64,000 nt of DNA from contig JAZNCT010000088.1 of NCBI GenBank assembly GCA_045587665.1, positions 13,621-77,620 on the forward strand, given 5' to 3'. Of this stretch, positions 46,585 through 55,727 are shown in pieces (position 1 is the stretch's first letter; each line of letters begins with the position of its first letter). The translations under genes were made by a program, and so were the position numbers. Source of the stretch: Eubacteriales bacterium. Lineage in GTDB: Bacteria > Bacillota > Clostridia > Oscillospirales > CAG-272. The notes under the pieces were generated by a model, which saw nothing but the letters and a program-made list of their open reading frames with translations, did no database searches and was not told where the DNA came from.

Positions 46585-46736
46585 CCTTATGTCGTCCTTT
46601 CAGAAGTAAAAAATATTATTATTATTTTAACACAAAAATCCTGCTTTGTACAGAGATTTTTTATTTTTATCTCATATATGTTGCTTTTTCTGTGAATTCT
46701 GTGTATAATTGTAAAAAAAATCATAGGAGAATTAAA

Positions 46737-46877
46737 TTGTCAGAAATTCTTGAAATAATCATGATAGTCAGCTTTGGTGCTTCCTGGCCATTTAACGTTA
46801 TCAAATCTATAAAAACACGGTCAACAAAGGGGAAAAGCCTGTTGTTCCTCTGCCTTAAGTTTTTCTCTGTGTTATAA
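46737..46877 (+). CDS. Small membrane protein, possibly a truncated PQ-loop-like gene
   Basis: Promoter TTGCTT-17-TATAAT with an extended TG (46681-46709). RBS aggaga, then TTG at 46737. The 46-aa product is LSEILEIIMIVSFGASWPFNVIKSIKTRSTKGKSLLF... It ends just before the terminator. I recall similar proteins as roughly twice this length, but this is unverified. Confidence 0.35.
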   Translation: MSEILEIIMIVSFGASWPFNVIKSIKTRSTKGKSLLFLCLKFFSVL

Positions 46878-46881
46878 TAAG

Positions 46882-46914
46882 AAAAAAAGCTGAGAACAAT
46901 TCTCAGCTTTTTTT
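46882..46914. terminator. Bidirectional terminator (small ORF / recG)
   Basis: aaaaaaagctgagaa-caat-tctcagcttttttt. Confidence 0.85.
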
Positions 46915-46934
46915 GTGAAGCGCAATATTTGATA

Positions 46935-49097
46935 TCAGTATTTGTTACCCATATCAAAAACCGTTTCGATCTCGTTTTTTATTGCCGGATACATAGAAAG
47001 ATCGGGCGATGCTTTTATAAGCTCTCTTGCGGCACTGAAAGCACCCTCAAGCAGCTCACCGTCATTACACATATCAGCAAGTCGAAAGCTCAGCTCTCCG
47101 CTCTGTCTTATTCCGCCTGCGTTTTCAACAAAATCACCCGGGCCTCTCATTGCAAGATCCTTTTCTGCAATAACAAAGCCGTCATAGGTATTCTTCATTA
47201 TAGAAAGCCGCTCTGCAGCTTTCTCTCCGCGGCTATCGGATACAAGGATACAGTAGCTCTTTCTTGTTCCTCTGCCAACTCTTCCTCTGAGCTGGTGAAG
47301 CTGTGAAAGGCCAAATCTTTCAGCGTTTTCAACTATCATAAGGCAGGCATTGGGAACATTTACCCCAACCTCAATTACGGTTGTTGAAACAAGAATATCC
47401 ACTTCGCCAATGGCAAAGCGCCTCATGACATCGTCTTTTTCTGCCGCCTTCATCTTTCCGTGAACAAACGCAACCGTCTTTTTGGGAAAACGAAGGCTCA
47501 GCTCCTCTGAATATTTAACCGCACTTTTAAGCGGGGGGGCTTCCTTTTTTTCAAAAGTCTTATCCCGGATATCACCGCTCAAGGGGATATCCAGGAAGCG
47601 AATGTCTCCCTCATCATCCTCTTTCTTTTCCTCAACAGCAGGGCAAACAACATAGACCTGACCGCCCTCGCCCGTTAGCTTTTCTATAAATGCGTTTATA
47701 CGCTCTCTATAGCCTTCGTCCACAGCAAAGGTATCTACCTTTTGCCTGCCCGGAGGCATCTCTTTTATCATAGATAGCTCCAGATCTCCGTAAAGGGTCA
47801 GCGCAAGGGAACGGGGAATGGGAGTTGCACTCATAACAAGCATATGTACACCTCTTCCTTTATCTCCGAGAGCCGCCCTTTGCTTTACTCCAAAGCGATG
47901 CTGTTCATCAGTAATAACAAGTCCAAGGTTATCAAAGCTGACGCCCTCGCTTATCAGCGCATGGGTGCCGATAACAACATCTGTTCGTTCTTCCCCTTTC
48001 GAAACAAGAGATTCATATATTTTTCTCTTTCTTAGAGGGGAAAGAGAACCCGTGAGTAACCTTGTCTTTATTCCAAGCTCACTGAAAAGCGGCTCAAGAT
48101 CCTTATAATGCTGTGTGGCAAGTATCTCTGTTGGTGCCATGAGGGCAGCCTGCATACCGTTTTTAACCGCTATATACATAGCCGCCGCCGCACAAACTGT
48201 CTTTCCGCAGCCAACGTCTCCAACCAGGAGACGCCCCATTGGAGCTTCCTTTGCCATATCGGCACTTATTTCTTCTATAACAGACTGCTGAGCCGCCGTC
48301 AGTGAATATGGTAAAAGGGAAAGCAGAGGGGAAATTTCTCTGTCGTTGCATACCCTTGCTTTTTTATTTACCGTTCTCTTTTTGCCGTGAACAGCAATTC
48401 CAAGAGCAAAATAGAAGAATTCTTCAAATATAAGTCTCTTTTTTGCTGCCGCAAGGTCTGAGAAGGTTTCGGGAGAATGGATATTTCTCAGCGCAAAGCT
48501 CCTGCCGCAAAGCTTATTTCTTATCTGTATCTCCGAAGGCAGAGGGTCCTCTTCACCTGATGCCGATATAATGGAAAGTGCCTCACCTACCAGCTTGCCA
48601 ATTATGTTCTGAGAAAGCCCCTTTGTAAGCGGATATATGGGAATAAGCGGTCTAAGCTCACTCACGCTCTCCTTTATCTGTTCTGCCGCAGGAGATGAAA
48701 GGGAAAAGGAATCCTTGCCTGAGGCTTTTTTTATTCTTTCTATCCTGCCGTAAAATCTATAGCTTTCACCAAGAACAAATTTTTCTGCAAGGTAATCCTG
48801 ATTAAAATATGTTACCTCTGCAACGGCACTTTCGTCATATGCTCTGAATTTTAAGAGGGACATTCCTCTTTTGATAAGAGCCCTTTTCGGTGCTGTTGCA
48901 ACCGTGAGACAAAGCGCGCTTTTTTCCCCGTTTTCCGTTTGATCAAGCCGCTTAACATCCCCTCGGTTTTCGTATGAGCGGGGATAAAGACGAAGAAGGC
49001 TCAAAACACTTTCGGCTCCCATTTTTTTTAAAGCCGCTTCTCTTGCAGGCCCAACATTTTTAAGTGCTTTTATTGGCATATTCAAATCTCTTTTCAA
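46935..49097 (-). CDS. recG: ATP-dependent DNA helicase RecG
   Basis: TTG start after gaggagga. Wedge domain, helicase motif I GDVGCGKT, DEAH-type ITDEQHRFG, motif VI QLHQLRGRVGRG. Confidence 0.93.
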   Translation of the reverse strand: MKRDLNMPIKALKNVGPAREAALKKMGAESVLSLLRLYPRSYENRGDVKRLDQTENGEKSALCLTVATAPKRALIKRGMSLLKFRAYDESAVAEVTYFNQDYLAEKFVLGESYRFYGRIERIKKASGKDSFSLSSPAAEQIKESVSELRPLIPIYPLTKGLSQNIIGKLVGEALSIISASGEEDPLPSEIQIRNKLCGRSFALRNIHSPETFSDLAAAKKRLIFEEFFYFALGIAVHGKKRTVNKKARVCNDREISPLLSLLPYSLTAAQQSVIEEISADMAKEAPMGRLLVGDVGCGKTVCAAAAMYIAVKNGMQAALMAPTEILATQHYKDLEPLFSELGIKTRLLTGSLSPLRKRKIYESLVSKGEERTDVVIGTHALISEGVSFDNLGLVITDEQHRFGVKQRAALGDKGRGVHMLVMSATPIPRSLALTLYGDLELSMIKEMPPGRQKVDTFAVDEGYRERINAFIEKLTGEGGQVYVVCPAVEEKKEDDEGDIRFLDIPLSGDIRDKTFEKKEAPPLKSAVKYSEELSLRFPKKTVAFVHGKMKAAEKDDVMRRFAIGEVDILVSTTVIEVGVNVPNACLMIVENAERFGLSQLHQLRGRVGRGTRKSYCILVSDSRGEKAAERLSIMKNTYDGFVIAEKDLAMRGPGDFVENAGGIRQSGELSFRLADMCNDGELLEGAFSAARELIKASPDLSMYPAIKNEIETVFDMGNKY

Positions 49098-49112
49098 GCC
49101 TGCTTCCTCCTC

Positions 49113-49883
49113 TTATAATAAATTTTTAAGAGCCTTTACTGTTTTTACACCGATTGGCGGGTAATCACTGAAACATTTGTTATAAAGAAGCGCAATTTCA
49201 TTGCAATCGACCGCAGGATTCTGCTTTGCAAATGCTTTGATATTTTCGGCAAAAAACGCACTTTCTCTTACAAATCTCTCAACATTATCTTTTCCAAATG
49301 CTATACTGCCAAGGGGATAATATTCATGGGAGGCAACAAGATTTTCAACATCCATTGAAATGATCTTTTGCAGAGTTTTTCTGTATTTTTCGCCGTTTTC
49401 AACACCTGTTCCGTATCTGCCCACACCGCCAAGCTGAATACTGTCTCCGCTGAGAAGAGTTTTTGTGTTCACATCCAAAAGCCCTATAGAATCCTCAGAG
49501 TGACCGGGAAGAGAAATTATCTCTATTGAGCTGAATATTTTGTCACCGTTATTAGGTATTATTATTCTATTGCCCCATTGAGAGTGTTTTCTAAAAGCGT
49601 CTCTGCTGCAAAACATCGCTGTAACATCTTTAAAATAAGACATCATAAATGGAAGACCACCCATATGATCACCGTGAGAATGAGTGCATATTAAATATTT
49701 CGGCAAAGACCCTATATCCCTTAACGCAGGAATAATAATATTTTCCACATCATGTTTATTTGTGGCACAATCAAGCAAAATATCTCCTTCTTTTGTCCTC
49801 AGGAGAAAAACTGCCGTATAAATATTATCAAACGGCACTTCAAGGCGGTAAATATCGCCAATCACCTTTTCAAACCTTTGCAT
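49113..49883 (-). CDS. MBL-fold metallo-hydrolase
   Basis: ORF 49113..49904; I prefer the ATG at 49883, which follows gggag. Motif CTHSHGDHMGG (HxHxDH) and downstream PGHSEDS. It overlaps the upstream ATPase gene by 14 nt. Confidence 0.8.
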   Translation of the reverse strand: MQRFEKVIGDIYRLEVPFDNIYTAVFLLRTKEGDILLDCATNKHDVENIIIPALRDIGSLPKYLICTHSHGDHMGGLPFMMSYFKDVTAMFCSRDAFRKHSQWGNRIIIPNNGDKIFSSIEIISLPGHSEDSIGLLDVNTKTLLSGDSIQLGGVGRYGTGVENGEKYRKTLQKIISMDVENLVASHEYYPLGSIAFGKDNVERFVRESAFFAENIKAFAKQNPAVDCNEIALLYNKCFSDYPPIGVKTVKALKNLL

Positions 49884-52239
49884 TTTGATCTCCCATTCTA
49901 ACAACGTTTGCTTCCGCCATAGCGGCCTCTCTTGTGTGGCAGGTAAAAAGCAGGCACTGAGTTCCTTCTCCGCAATATTCTCTCAGCATCGAAAGCACCG
50001 ATAACGCTCTGCTGTCATCTATCTGAGAGAGCACCTCATCAAGCAGAAGCGGAGGCTGTTCTTTTCGGTAAAGAACCGAAATGAGCGCAAGCCGCAGAGA
50101 AAGATATGCCGCATCTCTCGTGCCGGCACTAAGAGCCTCTATGGGTCTTCTCACCCCTTCGGTTTCAACAGTTATAGAAAATTCAGGCGTTATGCCAAGT
50201 GCCCTGTATTTTCCTTTTGTCAGTATTCCCATTATTTCTCCGGCTCTGGCTCTGACACGGGGAGTTACATTTTTTCTCATTGATTCTGCCGCTTCTCTTA
50301 TTGCATCCGAAGCCAGAGAAAGAGCATCGTGAAGCTCCTTTTCTTCAGCCAGCTTTGCCTCTGTCTCTCTGAGAAGAGCTTCTCCCTTAAAGGGATCCTC
50401 AGCTGTTGCCCTAAGACCTATCAGCTCACGGTCATAAAAATATTTTTTCTGCTCTGCAGATTCGGTTTTTGATTTTAAAAATTCATATTCTCTGCGAAGC
50501 ATAGTTATATTCACACTGCCAAGCTTTTCTATAATTTCCCCCGAAAGAGATGATCTTATTTCATTTTCGTCAAGTCCCTCTATCTCACGGCTTCTCTCTT
50601 CATAGAGCGCCCTATATTTTGCCAGATCTCTCTCAAGCTCAGAAAGCTCCCTGCATACTTCCTCTGAGGATGCAAGAAGTGAAGCAACAGAAGCCGAAAT
50701 TTCAGTTGAGGTACTGTTTTCATCGGCTTCGATTCCCGCCCTTCCAAGAAGGATAAACAGATCTTCTTCTGCTTTTTTAAGCTTTAGCTGTGCATTTCCC
50801 TTTTCATTTAATGCTCTCTGATGATCTTCTTTTCTGTTTTCACACAGATCTCTTGATGAAATACACCTTTCAAAATATGAAAGCATCTGGTCCTCTGTGA
50901 TTTTTTCATCCAAATCAAATTCTGCACATATCAGTTTTGCTTTTTTCTTCTTTTTTCTCGAAGCATCAAGAAAAACTAAAGCAAAAGCTAAAAGCAAGAC
51001 CGTTAAAGAACAGAATGTAAGAGCCACTGTAGGCTTTTCAAGTATCTCTAAAAACGAAGGAAAATTGGGGGGCAAAAGCGTAAAACTACACCACAGCGCA
51101 CCTGCGCCAAATGCCGCAGGCAATAAGCATAAAATTGATAAAGCAAGAAATACTATGCCAAACGTTTTTGTCTTTTTTGCTCCTTTTATTATTTTTCCAA
51201 ATCCCTCAGAAGCAAGTTTTGCTCCGCCTCTTTCTTCAATTTTGGCTATATGCTCAGGGTTATAATCCTCTGCTATCAGCTTGCTTTCTGCCCGGTCAAA
51301 GCTTTCTTTTTTTATCTTATAATCCTCTGCAGCACTTAAATAATCCTTTTCGGCAAGAGCCACTGCTCTCTGATATTCTCCGTCCGGCACAAAGCCATAA
51401 TGACATTTTTCCGCCTTCAGTGCCGCAATATCGGTTTCAATGCTTTCTATCCTTGCTTTTGCGCTGTTAAGGCTTTCAAATCTGATAAGCTGCTGCCTGT
51501 TTTCATATGCCCGGCAAAGCTCTCTGTTTTTTTCAAGCTCTGCCCTGTATTCGTTGCATTTTGCCCCAAGACTCTCATAAGAAGCCTCATAATCCATTAT
51601 CTGAACAGCCTTTTTCTTTGCCTCTTCAAGTCTTGTGCGCAAATTATCTCTCTTTAACGTCAGCTCATATATTGAACCCGCGTTTTTTGATTTATGAAGA
51701 AGCTTGCGGCGAGAGGCCTCTATTTTTGATATTGCTCTTTCAGTGTCAAGAGTCTCGTCGGCGGAAAGTAAAAGATTTTCAAGTGCGTTTCCCAGCTCAC
51801 CGCCATCAAGGCTTGTACAGCTGAGCTGCTTTACACAGGCAGAGCTTTCAAAAACAGCAAGTGGTACTCCCAAAAAAAGCTCTCCCGGTATCTCTCCCTT
51901 GTGCACAAAAGAACCATCCGAAAGATCAACTATAACCAGCTTCTCTCCCCTTGTTCCTTCTCTTGCACTGCGCTCTATGCGATATTCTCCCTCTGCAGTC
52001 TTTATCGTCATCGTTCCGGCAGCAACACCGTTTTTCCATGAAAAGCTTTTTTCCTTTTCGCTGACCACTTCTCCCGAAGACCTTCTCGGCAAGCCGTACA
52101 GCATAAATTTTATAAAAGAAAGCAGCGTACTCTTGCCCGATTCGTTTTCGCCCTCTATGATATTTAAAGAATCGGAGAAATCTATCACTCTGTTTGTGAT
52201 AGAAGCATATTCTATAATGTTTATGCTTATTATCTTCAT
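49870..52239 (-). CDS. SMC/Rad50-like AAA ATPase with an internal TM hairpin (YhaN/SbcE-like)
   Basis: Walker A GENESGKST, long coiled-coil regions, signature LSAGTRD, Walker B PLLLDEVLSQID. Two hydrophobic helices sit mid-protein (FGIVFLALSILCLLPAAFGAGALW; VALTFCSLTVLLLAFALVFL), followed by KKKKK. Confidence 0.7.
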   Translation of the reverse strand: MKIISINIIEYASITNRVIDFSDSLNIIEGENESGKSTLLSFIKFMLYGLPRRSSGEVVSEKEKSFSWKNGVAAGTMTIKTAEGEYRIERSAREGTRGEKLVIVDLSDGSFVHKGEIPGELFLGVPLAVFESSACVKQLSCTSLDGGELGNALENLLLSADETLDTERAISKIEASRRKLLHKSKNAGSIYELTLKRDNLRTRLEEAKKKAVQIMDYEASYESLGAKCNEYRAELEKNRELCRAYENRQQLIRFESLNSAKARIESIETDIAALKAEKCHYGFVPDGEYQRAVALAEKDYLSAAEDYKIKKESFDRAESKLIAEDYNPEHIAKIEERGGAKLASEGFGKIIKGAKKTKTFGIVFLALSILCLLPAAFGAGALWCSFTLLPPNFPSFLEILEKPTVALTFCSLTVLLLAFALVFLDASRKKKKKAKLICAEFDLDEKITEDQMLSYFERCISSRDLCENRKEDHQRALNEKGNAQLKLKKAEEDLFILLGRAGIEADENSTSTEISASVASLLASSEEVCRELSELERDLAKYRALYEERSREIEGLDENEIRSSLSGEIIEKLGSVNITMLRREYEFLKSKTESAEQKKYFYDRELIGLRATAEDPFKGEALLRETEAKLAEEKELHDALSLASDAIREAAESMRKNVTPRVRARAGEIMGILTKGKYRALGITPEFSITVETEGVRRPIEALSAGTRDAAYLSLRLALISVLYRKEQPPLLLDEVLSQIDDSRALSVLSMLREYCGEGTQCLLFTCHTREAAMAEANVVRMGDQNAKV

Positions 52240-52242
52240 TTA

Positions 52243-53412
52243 TTACGCCCCTCCTTCCTCTTTTGCATCTTTTACGCTTCCTTCAAAAAATGAAGAAATA
52301 TCTCTGCCCTCAAGAGCGGCAAGACCTATGCGAAGAGCTTTTCCCGCAAGTCTTCTTTCATCTTCATTTCCACTCAGCATCCTCTGTTCAAGCGTTCTGT
52401 AAAGCTCTCCTCTTATGGTTGAATCTTTCCTCAGAGCCTCTCCGCTTGCTATAGGCAGTGTGTTATCCCTTACCTCTGCATAGTCAACAAAAGCCGAGAG
52501 TCTGCGCTCAACAAGGGCGGTGTTTGGAGCAAAATCCATATCTATCTGACCCTCAAGAATAACTCTGAGCGCCGTATTTACCCCATATCCCCTTTGGCTT
52601 ATACTGCTTTGAACCGCCTCTGCTATCTCTTCCTGACTCCTCATATATGACACATTTTGACGGAGTATCTCAAATGAATATCCCGAAAACGAGAGCTTTT
52701 CAATTTTAATTTCAGGTCTTGCCCCCGTTTCAAAAATAGAAACAGAAAGTGCACCGCCTTTTCCTATTTCGTCAAATGCTCTTCCCTCTGCAAAGCCGCT
52801 GTAGGCAACGGCAAAGCCCTCCTCGTTTCGGGGCTGTGGAGCTTTGTGTATATGACCGAGTGCTGCATATGTAAAGCCTGCCTGCTCTATATCTCCCTCA
52901 CTCATTGGAGCATAAGGAGAAAGTGGAGAATTAAGCTCGGTATGAGCGCATAGCAGGTTTATTCTGCTGCTGTCGGTTACAAGCCCGCCAAGAGGATTTG
53001 AGCGGTAAATAGAATCTGTAAAGGCATAGCCGTAAACGCTCACGCCAAGATTATCAAAATCTATCTTTTCTATGTTTTCGGAAGAAAAAATGTGAACGTT
53101 ACCGGAAAAATCGCAGCTGCTGTAAAGACTTCCCCTTATATAAGGATCGTGATTTCCGGGAGAAATAACAACGGGGCATGGCAAAAGCTCAAATTCGCTT
53201 TTTATGAGCGCCGCCGTTTCCTCTGTTATAAACCCGTTTTCATAAAGATCTCCTGCTATGAGAACCATATCGTATTTTTCATTGCGAACATGGCGCATCA
53301 TTCTGCGAAAAACCTCGCAAAGACGTCCTCTTCCCTGTTCACTGCGTCTTATTTCTCCAAGAGAAAAGGGACTGTCAAGATGCAGATCGGCGATGTGAAA
53401 AATTTTTATCAT
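52243..53412 (-). CDS. Metallophosphoesterase DNA repair exonuclease (Mre11/SbcD-like, YhaO/SbcF-like)
   Basis: ORF 52243..53439; I prefer the ATG at 53412, which follows aagagg. Motifs: IFHIADLHLD, IAGDLYE, GNHD, GHIH. Confidence 0.8.
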   Translation of the reverse strand: MIKIFHIADLHLDSPFSLGEIRRSEQGRGRLCEVFRRMMRHVRNEKYDMVLIAGDLYENGFITEETAALIKSEFELLPCPVVISPGNHDPYIRGSLYSSCDFSGNVHIFSSENIEKIDFDNLGVSVYGYAFTDSIYRSNPLGGLVTDSSRINLLCAHTELNSPLSPYAPMSEGDIEQAGFTYAALGHIHKAPQPRNEEGFAVAYSGFAEGRAFDEIGKGGALSVSIFETGARPEIKIEKLSFSGYSFEILRQNVSYMRSQEEIAEAVQSSISQRGYGVNTALRVILEGQIDMDFAPNTALVERRLSAFVDYAEVRDNTLPIASGEALRKDSTIRGELYRTLEQRMLSGNEDERRLAGKALRIGLAALEGRDISSFFEGSVKDAKEEGGA

Positions 53413-53584
53413 ACATACCTCTTTTTGATATCGGATCACTCCGAACTTCTTCCATTATTCTTTTAATTATATCATTTTAAGCTGACCTATTCAAGGCTTT
53501 TTTTGAAAATTAAATGCAAACTGACTCAATCAAACACTTTTTCTCCTCTGTTTGCATAGAATAGAATAAAAAGGAGGGCTGCCG

Positions 53585-54136
53585 ATGCTAATTATTAAAC
53601 CTTATGACAGAGAAAGGGCTGTAGCTTATGCAAGAAAATGGGCTCTTGAACGAAATCCTCTTTTCACCGATTTTACAGGTCAAGGAGGAAACTGCACAAA
53701 TTTTGTTTCTCAAAGCGTTCTTGCAGGAAGCTGTGCCATGAACTATACGCCAACCTTTGGCTGGTATTACATTTCTTCTACCGACAGAGCCCCTGCCTGG
53801 ACAGGTGTAGAGTTCTTTTATGATTTTATGACAACAAACGAGGGCGTTGGCCCTTTTATGATCGAGGTCAGACGGCGGGATGTTATAACCGGCGACGTTA
53901 TACAGCTTGCAAATGACACAGGGGATTATTATCACACTCTTATTGTTACAGGTTTTGACGGGCAGGCTATCCTTGTTTCCGCTCAGTCCGACGATGCTCT
54001 TGACAGAAGGCTCAGCTCTTATAACTACGCCTCGCTTCGATATCTTCACGTTTTGGGAGTTAGATTTGAATATCCCGAAACCCCTTGCTTTGAGGGACTT
54101 TTCAACGGTACATCTCTCCCCTTGCCTCAGACATAA
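53585..54136 (+). CDS. Putative amidase-domain protein (Amidase_6-like)
   Basis: AVAYARKWALERNPLFTDFTGQGGNCTNFVSQSVLAG ... GDVIQL...YHTLIV: a papain-like Cys/His arrangement. Confidence 0.6.
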   Translation: MLIIKPYDRERAVAYARKWALERNPLFTDFTGQGGNCTNFVSQSVLAGSCAMNYTPTFGWYYISSTDRAPAWTGVEFFYDFMTTNEGVGPFMIEVRRRDVITGDVIQLANDTGDYYHTLIVTGFDGQAILVSAQSDDALDRRLSSYNYASLRYLHVLGVRFEYPETPCFEGLFNGTSLPLPQT

Positions 54137-54179
54137 AAAAGAACAAGGCTGATCTTTTTAAAATCAGCCTTGTTTTTTT
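54135..54179. terminator. Bidirectional terminator (amidase-domain gene / MORN gene)
   Basis: aaaaaagaacaaggctgat-ctttttaaa-atcagccttgttttttt. Confidence 0.85.
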
Positions 54180-55032
54180 ACTTTGGTGTGGATATATCTT
54201 CTTCTACTCCCACCATTTTTCCGTCTCTGAATTCTCCGGTGTAGCATCTTCCCGATGCCCATGTGTAGGTTCCGTTTCCATTGAGAGTGTTATCTTTAAA
54301 TTCTCCGGTATAGCTCTCTCCATTTGCCCAGCTATAGGTTCCCTCCCCGTTTCTCTGGTCATTTTCATATTCTCCGGTATATATGTCACCGTTTGCAAAG
54401 GTAAATGTTCCGCTTCCGCTCTTCACTCCGTTTACATAGGTACCGTCATAGCTGGAGCCATCTGCCCACTTAGAAAAGCCTGCTCCGTTCCTCTGATCGT
54501 CTCTAAAAAGTCCACTGTAGGTGGAACCGTCTGCCCACGTATATGTGCCGTAGCCGTTTTTGAGACCGTTTTCAAGCTCTCCCACATAGCTGTCGCCGTT
54601 TGAAAAGGTAAATGTTCCGCTTCCGTTTATAATGTCTCTGTCAAAGCTTCCGCTGTAAACATCTCCGTTTGCATATTTCATTTCTCCTTTTCCGTGACGA
54701 AGCAGACCCTTTATCTCTCCTGTATAAACAGATCCGTCAGAATAGGTCAGGGTATTTTCAGCCTTGTTAAGCTTAGCCGTAAGACCGTTTGAATAATATA
54801 CCGTGCCGTCAAAGGGTTCATTTTCCTTTGTTCTGCCAAAAAAGTTGACCTGGCCGCCATCCATATCCTCTGTCTTTATAAGTCTTATTCCGCTAAAAAA
54901 CAGCGCACCAATAATAACTGCCGCAAAAGCAAGAGCTATGAAAAATATTATTAGAATCGTTGAAAAAGCACTTCTGCGCCTCTGCGGTCTACGCCTTGAG
55001 CCATATCTTGTTTGCTCTTCTCGGTTCATCAT
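54178..55032 (-). CDS. Membrane-anchored MORN repeat protein
   Basis: N-terminal TM helix, then about 8 tandem MORN units (Y.G....G..(N/H)G.G..T...G..Y.G.F). Confidence 0.8.
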   Translation of the reverse strand: MMNREEQTRYGSRRRPQRRRSAFSTILIIFFIALAFAAVIIGALFFSGIRLIKTEDMDGGQVNFFGRTKENEPFDGTVYYSNGLTAKLNKAENTLTYSDGSVYTGEIKGLLRHGKGEMKYANGDVYSGSFDRDIINGSGTFTFSNGDSYVGELENGLKNGYGTYTWADGSTYSGLFRDDQRNGAGFSKWADGSSYDGTYVNGVKSGSGTFTFANGDIYTGEYENDQRNGEGTYSWANGESYTGEFKDNTLNGNGTYTWASGRCYTGEFRDGKMVGVEEDISTPK

Positions 55033-55053
55033 TCTCCTCCAATTTTTTTCTTA

Positions 55054-55704
55054 TCAAAGTGCAGAATCAAGCAGCTTTATCATCCACGGCACAAGAACAA
55101 ACAGCAGTGCCGCCGCAAGAATACAGAAAACCACCGTCAGTATAAAACCAACTATTCCGCTGCCCTTTTCAGAAAACAGCGCAAGCATCTCTTTTTCCTT
55201 TTCTGCCGGCAGATAATATCTGTCATCTGCGGGACACGGAACAAAGTCGCCTATTATCTGCGCTTTATTTTTATCCTTCTTCTCGGCGTTTTCTTCTAAA
55301 ATGCTGCGCACTTTCTCTTCATATTTATCTCTCTCTGTGCTTCTTATCATTCTTTTTAATGTTCCGTTTTTAAGAGACATTCTTATTGATCTTGAATTTG
55401 AAAGCCCCAGCTCCCCAAGAGTTTTTGCGCTTTCCGGCTCTAATGCTCCTGCCATTGAAAGCGCTCTGACAAGAGACCCGAGATATTTACGCTTATAAAC
55501 CATTACTGCTGATGCTATTATGATTCCTATTGCAACAGCAATAATTATCATTCGATATGTTACAAGCTGATTTCCAAAGGAGAAATTTTCATATCTCTCG
55601 CCTGAACCGCCATAAAGCAGCTCTGTGAAAAATTCCTTTAACGAGCTTGTGAAAGAGTTATCTGACGCTGCAGTATCTGCCGACAAAAAACGATTTGTGA
55701 TCAA
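55054..55704 (-). CDS. Hypothetical membrane protein
   Basis: TTG start after aaggag. Two TM helices flank a charged cytoplasmic segment. No motif recognised. Confidence 0.5.
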   Translation of the reverse strand: MITNRFLSADTAASDNSFTSSLKEFFTELLYGGSGERYENFSFGNQLVTYRMIIIAVAIGIIIASAVMVYKRKYLGSLVRALSMAGALEPESAKTLGELGLSNSRSIRMSLKNGTLKRMIRSTERDKYEEKVRSILEENAEKKDKNKAQIIGDFVPCPADDRYYLPAEKEKEMLALFSEKGSGIVGFILTVVFCILAAALLFVLVPWMIKLLDSAL

Positions 55705-55727
55705 GTTTTGATTTCTCCTTTGACCGT

